DNA of 64,000 nucleotides from Candidatus Bathyarchaeota archaeon (GTDB taxonomy: Archaea; Thermoproteota; Bathyarchaeia; Bathyarchaeales; Bathycorpusculaceae). Both the position numbers and the translations under genes were made by a program. The stretch covers positions 192,001-256,000 of the forward strand of contig CAVYHV010000014.1 in assembly GCA_963768425.1 (NCBI GenBank), in the 5' to 3' direction. Of the stretch, positions 61,064-64,000 are shown piece by piece. Under the pieces are notes generated by a model. The model saw only the letters and a program-made list of their open reading frames with translations, searched no databases and was not told the DNA's origin. Each line of letters begins with the position of its first letter. Position 1 is the stretch's first letter.

Positions 61064-61642
61064 CTAAGTCGAGTGGTCCTCGATGAACTTGCCCATATCA
61101 AGAAGGGTTAAATCGCCCTTGCAGGTGGTGCAGAACTTTGGGAGTTGGGTTGCTTTTGCTCCAATTTTCAGCTGGCCCCCACAGTGCGGACAGTAATAGG
61201 TCAATGTTTGCCCCTTCTTAGCAAGATTCTTAACTAGTACCGCAGTATTGACGCTCGGCTTAGGCATTTTTCCACGCGCCGCCTCCGCCTGTTCCGCCAT
61301 ACCCCACTTGTCATATCCGGAGGCTGCCTCCTCAAACTTGCCCTGCGCTTCCAGCTTTTTGATTTCTGCTAATGCAATTTCTTTGTCGGTGCTGAAGTCG
61401 CTACATTTTTCTGCTTCAACAAAATAAGTGTTGAACCCAACCGCTACCGCATCAAGCTTTTTGCCCCGTTTCTTGCAGGTTTCTTCGCAGAAGTAGCTAC
61501 ATTCCTCACAGTTCCGAAGCCCCTTGTACTCCTTCTCAACCTTCCAGTAACAGTCAGCGCAGTACGATCGTTCGTCGCCGTCGATTTTTGCAGTCGGCAT
61601 GTTACCTTTAGATTCTTTGCCGCAACCATAACATTTAGCCAT
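61064..61642 (-). CDS. Cys-rich multi-zinc-finger protein
   Basis: CYGC..CADC, CEECSYFC..C..C, C-terminal CPHC..CTTC. Confidence 0.75.
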   Translation of the reverse strand: MAKCYGCGKESKGNMPTAKIDGDERSYCADCYWKVEKEYKGLRNCEECSYFCEETCKKRGKKLDAVAVGFNTYFVEAEKCSDFSTDKEIALAEIKKLEAQGKFEEAASGYDKWGMAEQAEAARGKMPKPSVNTAVLVKNLAKKGQTLTYYCPHCGGQLKIGAKATQLPKFCTTCKGDLTLLDMGKFIEDHST

Positions 61643-61773
61643 ATCTTTAACCCTCAAGTTCAAGTTTGTCTTTTAGTTATCTAATTAGTTGCAAATAATG
61701 GTTAAGGCTTGTATAAAAAAGCGACGCAACACTTGACGGCGGATTTAGGGGCAAAGTTAAATTTCAACCCTGC

Positions 61774-62298
61774 ATGAATACGGTAAGCGAGAGCATGCCT
61801 ACAAAACAGCGAAGATACCCTTTAAAGAATAAAGAGGCAAAACAGATCTTAACTGAAGCCTCAGCAAACCTCAAACTTGACATGGAGAAGCTTTTCGGCA
61901 GCAAAGCCACTGTAGAAGTCGCCGAATCCGAAGTCGGCTCAATTTACCTCATCGAAGGAAAACCCATCCTCTTCAAAGCCGACAACAAAGTCTTGCCGAC
62001 CCTGCACTTCACAGAATACATTATTGGCGCACCCAAAATCGTAGTTGACATGGGCGCAGTACCCTACGTCTGCAAAGGCGCAACAGTCATGGCTCCAGGC
62101 ATAGTACGCATCGAAGGCAGCTTTGCAAAAGGCGACCTAGTAGTGGTAGCTGACGTGAAGTTTGGGAAAACACTGGGGCTAGGCGAAAGCCTCCTCGACG
62201 CCGAAACAGCAAAACAAACAAAGAAAGGACCTGTGGTAAAGACACTGCATTTTGTCAGCGACAAAATCTGGGACCACACCAAAACGCTAATTGAATAA
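61774..62298 (+). CDS. PUA-domain RNA-binding protein (MCT-1/Tma20-like)
   Basis: PTL, VVDMGAVPYV.KGA.VMAPGI, LH.V.D.IW. Confidence 0.92.
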   Translation: MNTVSESMPTKQRRYPLKNKEAKQILTEASANLKLDMEKLFGSKATVEVAESEVGSIYLIEGKPILFKADNKVLPTLHFTEYIIGAPKIVVDMGAVPYVCKGATVMAPGIVRIEGSFAKGDLVVVADVKFGKTLGLGESLLDAETAKQTKKGPVVKTLHFVSDKIWDHTKTLIE

Positions 62299-62307
62299 CC
62301 GATAAGC

Positions 62308-63153
62308 TTAGCTGCCTAAAACGTTCATTAGATTTTCGACGTCTTTGATCCATTTGCTTATCATTTCGAGATTCTCTTTCTGCTTATGTGTTACTTTCTG
62401 CATTCCCTCAAGTTCGTCAAGTTGGTGTTTGTAGAATAAAGCCAACGAGTTCAACGGCTTTATGAATTGGTCTGTTGGCTCATGTCTCTCCAGCTTGTCA
62501 CCTAAACTGTTGAGTGCAGTGAGCATTTCTTCCACGGTCATTTCAGTGTTTTTCTTAAATTCCTGAAGCATCCATTGTTTGGCAACAATGTTACGGCTTT
62601 TCCAACCGCTGGATTGTTTAGTGAAGGTTTCGAGAACGGCCTGGTAGATTTGTGTATCATGTCTTGTGTCCAATGCTTTAGGTTGAGGCGCTGCAATGGC
62701 GCCTGTTGCCGGCGCCTGCGAATCATGCTGAGGTTGAGCAAAGGAACAGGTTAAGTTCACTGAAGGCCTAAGCGGAGAACCCAATGCAACCCACAGTTTA
62801 CTTAATTCATCCAAAGAAAGTGAATCAATCTTAACTGTGAACCCTGAGTTGGCAATGGCTTGCGGGTTTGAAAAAACATGAATTATTGTTTCGAGCAATA
62901 AATGGTCGTCTTTATCTTTTCCAGTGAGGGGTGTAACAAGATAGTGAAGGGCGAAAGCTGGTTGAGTTGTTATATTGTATAGAAAAATCGACAGTTTTCT
63001 GGTTTCGCGCGCGCCAGCTGGTTTTGGAGAGGAAAACGAAATCTGCTCTTGACTGGAAAGCATGTTTTCCATTGTGGATTCTTTTTCTAAGCGTTTCCAG
63101 ACAAGGTTTGCAAGCGCCGAGTCGACATCCGAGATGAACGCTTCTTGAAACAT
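62308..63153 (-). CDS. Pvc16/DUF4255-like N-terminal domain fused to a helical C-terminal domain
   Basis: ISDV..AL..L, ISF..P, LSIFLY, L.YLVT, LLL..I, SLDELSKLW.ALG..LRPSV pattern recalled from DUF4255. Confidence 0.7.
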   Translation of the reverse strand: MFQEAFISDVDSALANLVWKRLEKESTMENMLSSQEQISFSSPKPAGARETRKLSIFLYNITTQPAFALHYLVTPLTGKDKDDHLLLETIIHVFSNPQAIANSGFTVKIDSLSLDELSKLWVALGSPLRPSVNLTCSFAQPQHDSQAPATGAIAAPQPKALDTRHDTQIYQAVLETFTKQSSGWKSRNIVAKQWMLQEFKKNTEMTVEEMLTALNSLGDKLERHEPTDQFIKPLNSLALFYKHQLDELEGMQKVTHKQKENLEMISKWIKDVENLMNVLGS

Positions 63154-63244
63154 TAATATCGAGTAACTATCTTGTCAGGTTCCTAAAAAAGAGTTTTCAA
63201 ACTAAAACTTCTTTTCACTACACAAATGCAGTTCAGGCAAGCTA

Positions 63245-63262
63245 ACAAAAATAAGAAAATTA
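63245..63262 (-). terminator. Probable oligo-T terminator after 16S rRNA
   Basis: TTAATTTTCTTATTTTTG on the minus strand ~105 nt after the 16S 3' end. Confidence 0.4.
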
Positions 63263-63364
63263 ACCCTTGGCTATATTGCTAATGTTTATTGGGCTTTGAC
63301 GTATCCTGTAGGTTCTTAATGTTCTCCTTGCTCCTCCAATTAAGCATTCGAATGCTTTTTTCTT

Positions 63365-64000
<636 letters not shown>

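Overview
Archaeal chromosomal window, most likely Bathyarchaeia (TACK). This is inferred from TFB, the archaeal ribosomal proteins, the 16S sequence, the PQQ-like beta-propeller surface protein and the DUF131 pair. Most of it is housekeeping: tfb, ilvC, DNA ligase, an uL22-to-secY ribosomal cluster, cmk, hypCDEF, RPA, Lsm-eL37, a two-intron tRNA-Met and the 3' part of a 16S rRNA with no 23S behind it. It also carries a molybdo-hydroxylase (CoxMSL-like/XdhC/MocA) cluster and several transporters. Many genes, including essential ones (ligase, uL6, uL18, uL30), have single-base indels, so split ORFs are treated as probable assembly errors and not as pseudogenes. Best candidate for an undescribed system: a threonine-synthase-like protein lacking its PLP lysine (K->R) and fused to a winged helix, followed by a tandem palindromic operator-like site, an ECF S-component and an AIR-synthase-like enzyme. 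Other notable items: MgtA with a reconstructed C-terminal wHTH-like domain, a DUF106/EMC3 insertase with an extracellular N-terminal domain, an orphan Pvc16-like fusion, long low-complexity tails on five ribosomal proteins, and several structured intergenic RNA candidates. All calls come from reading the sequence by eye; no searches were run.
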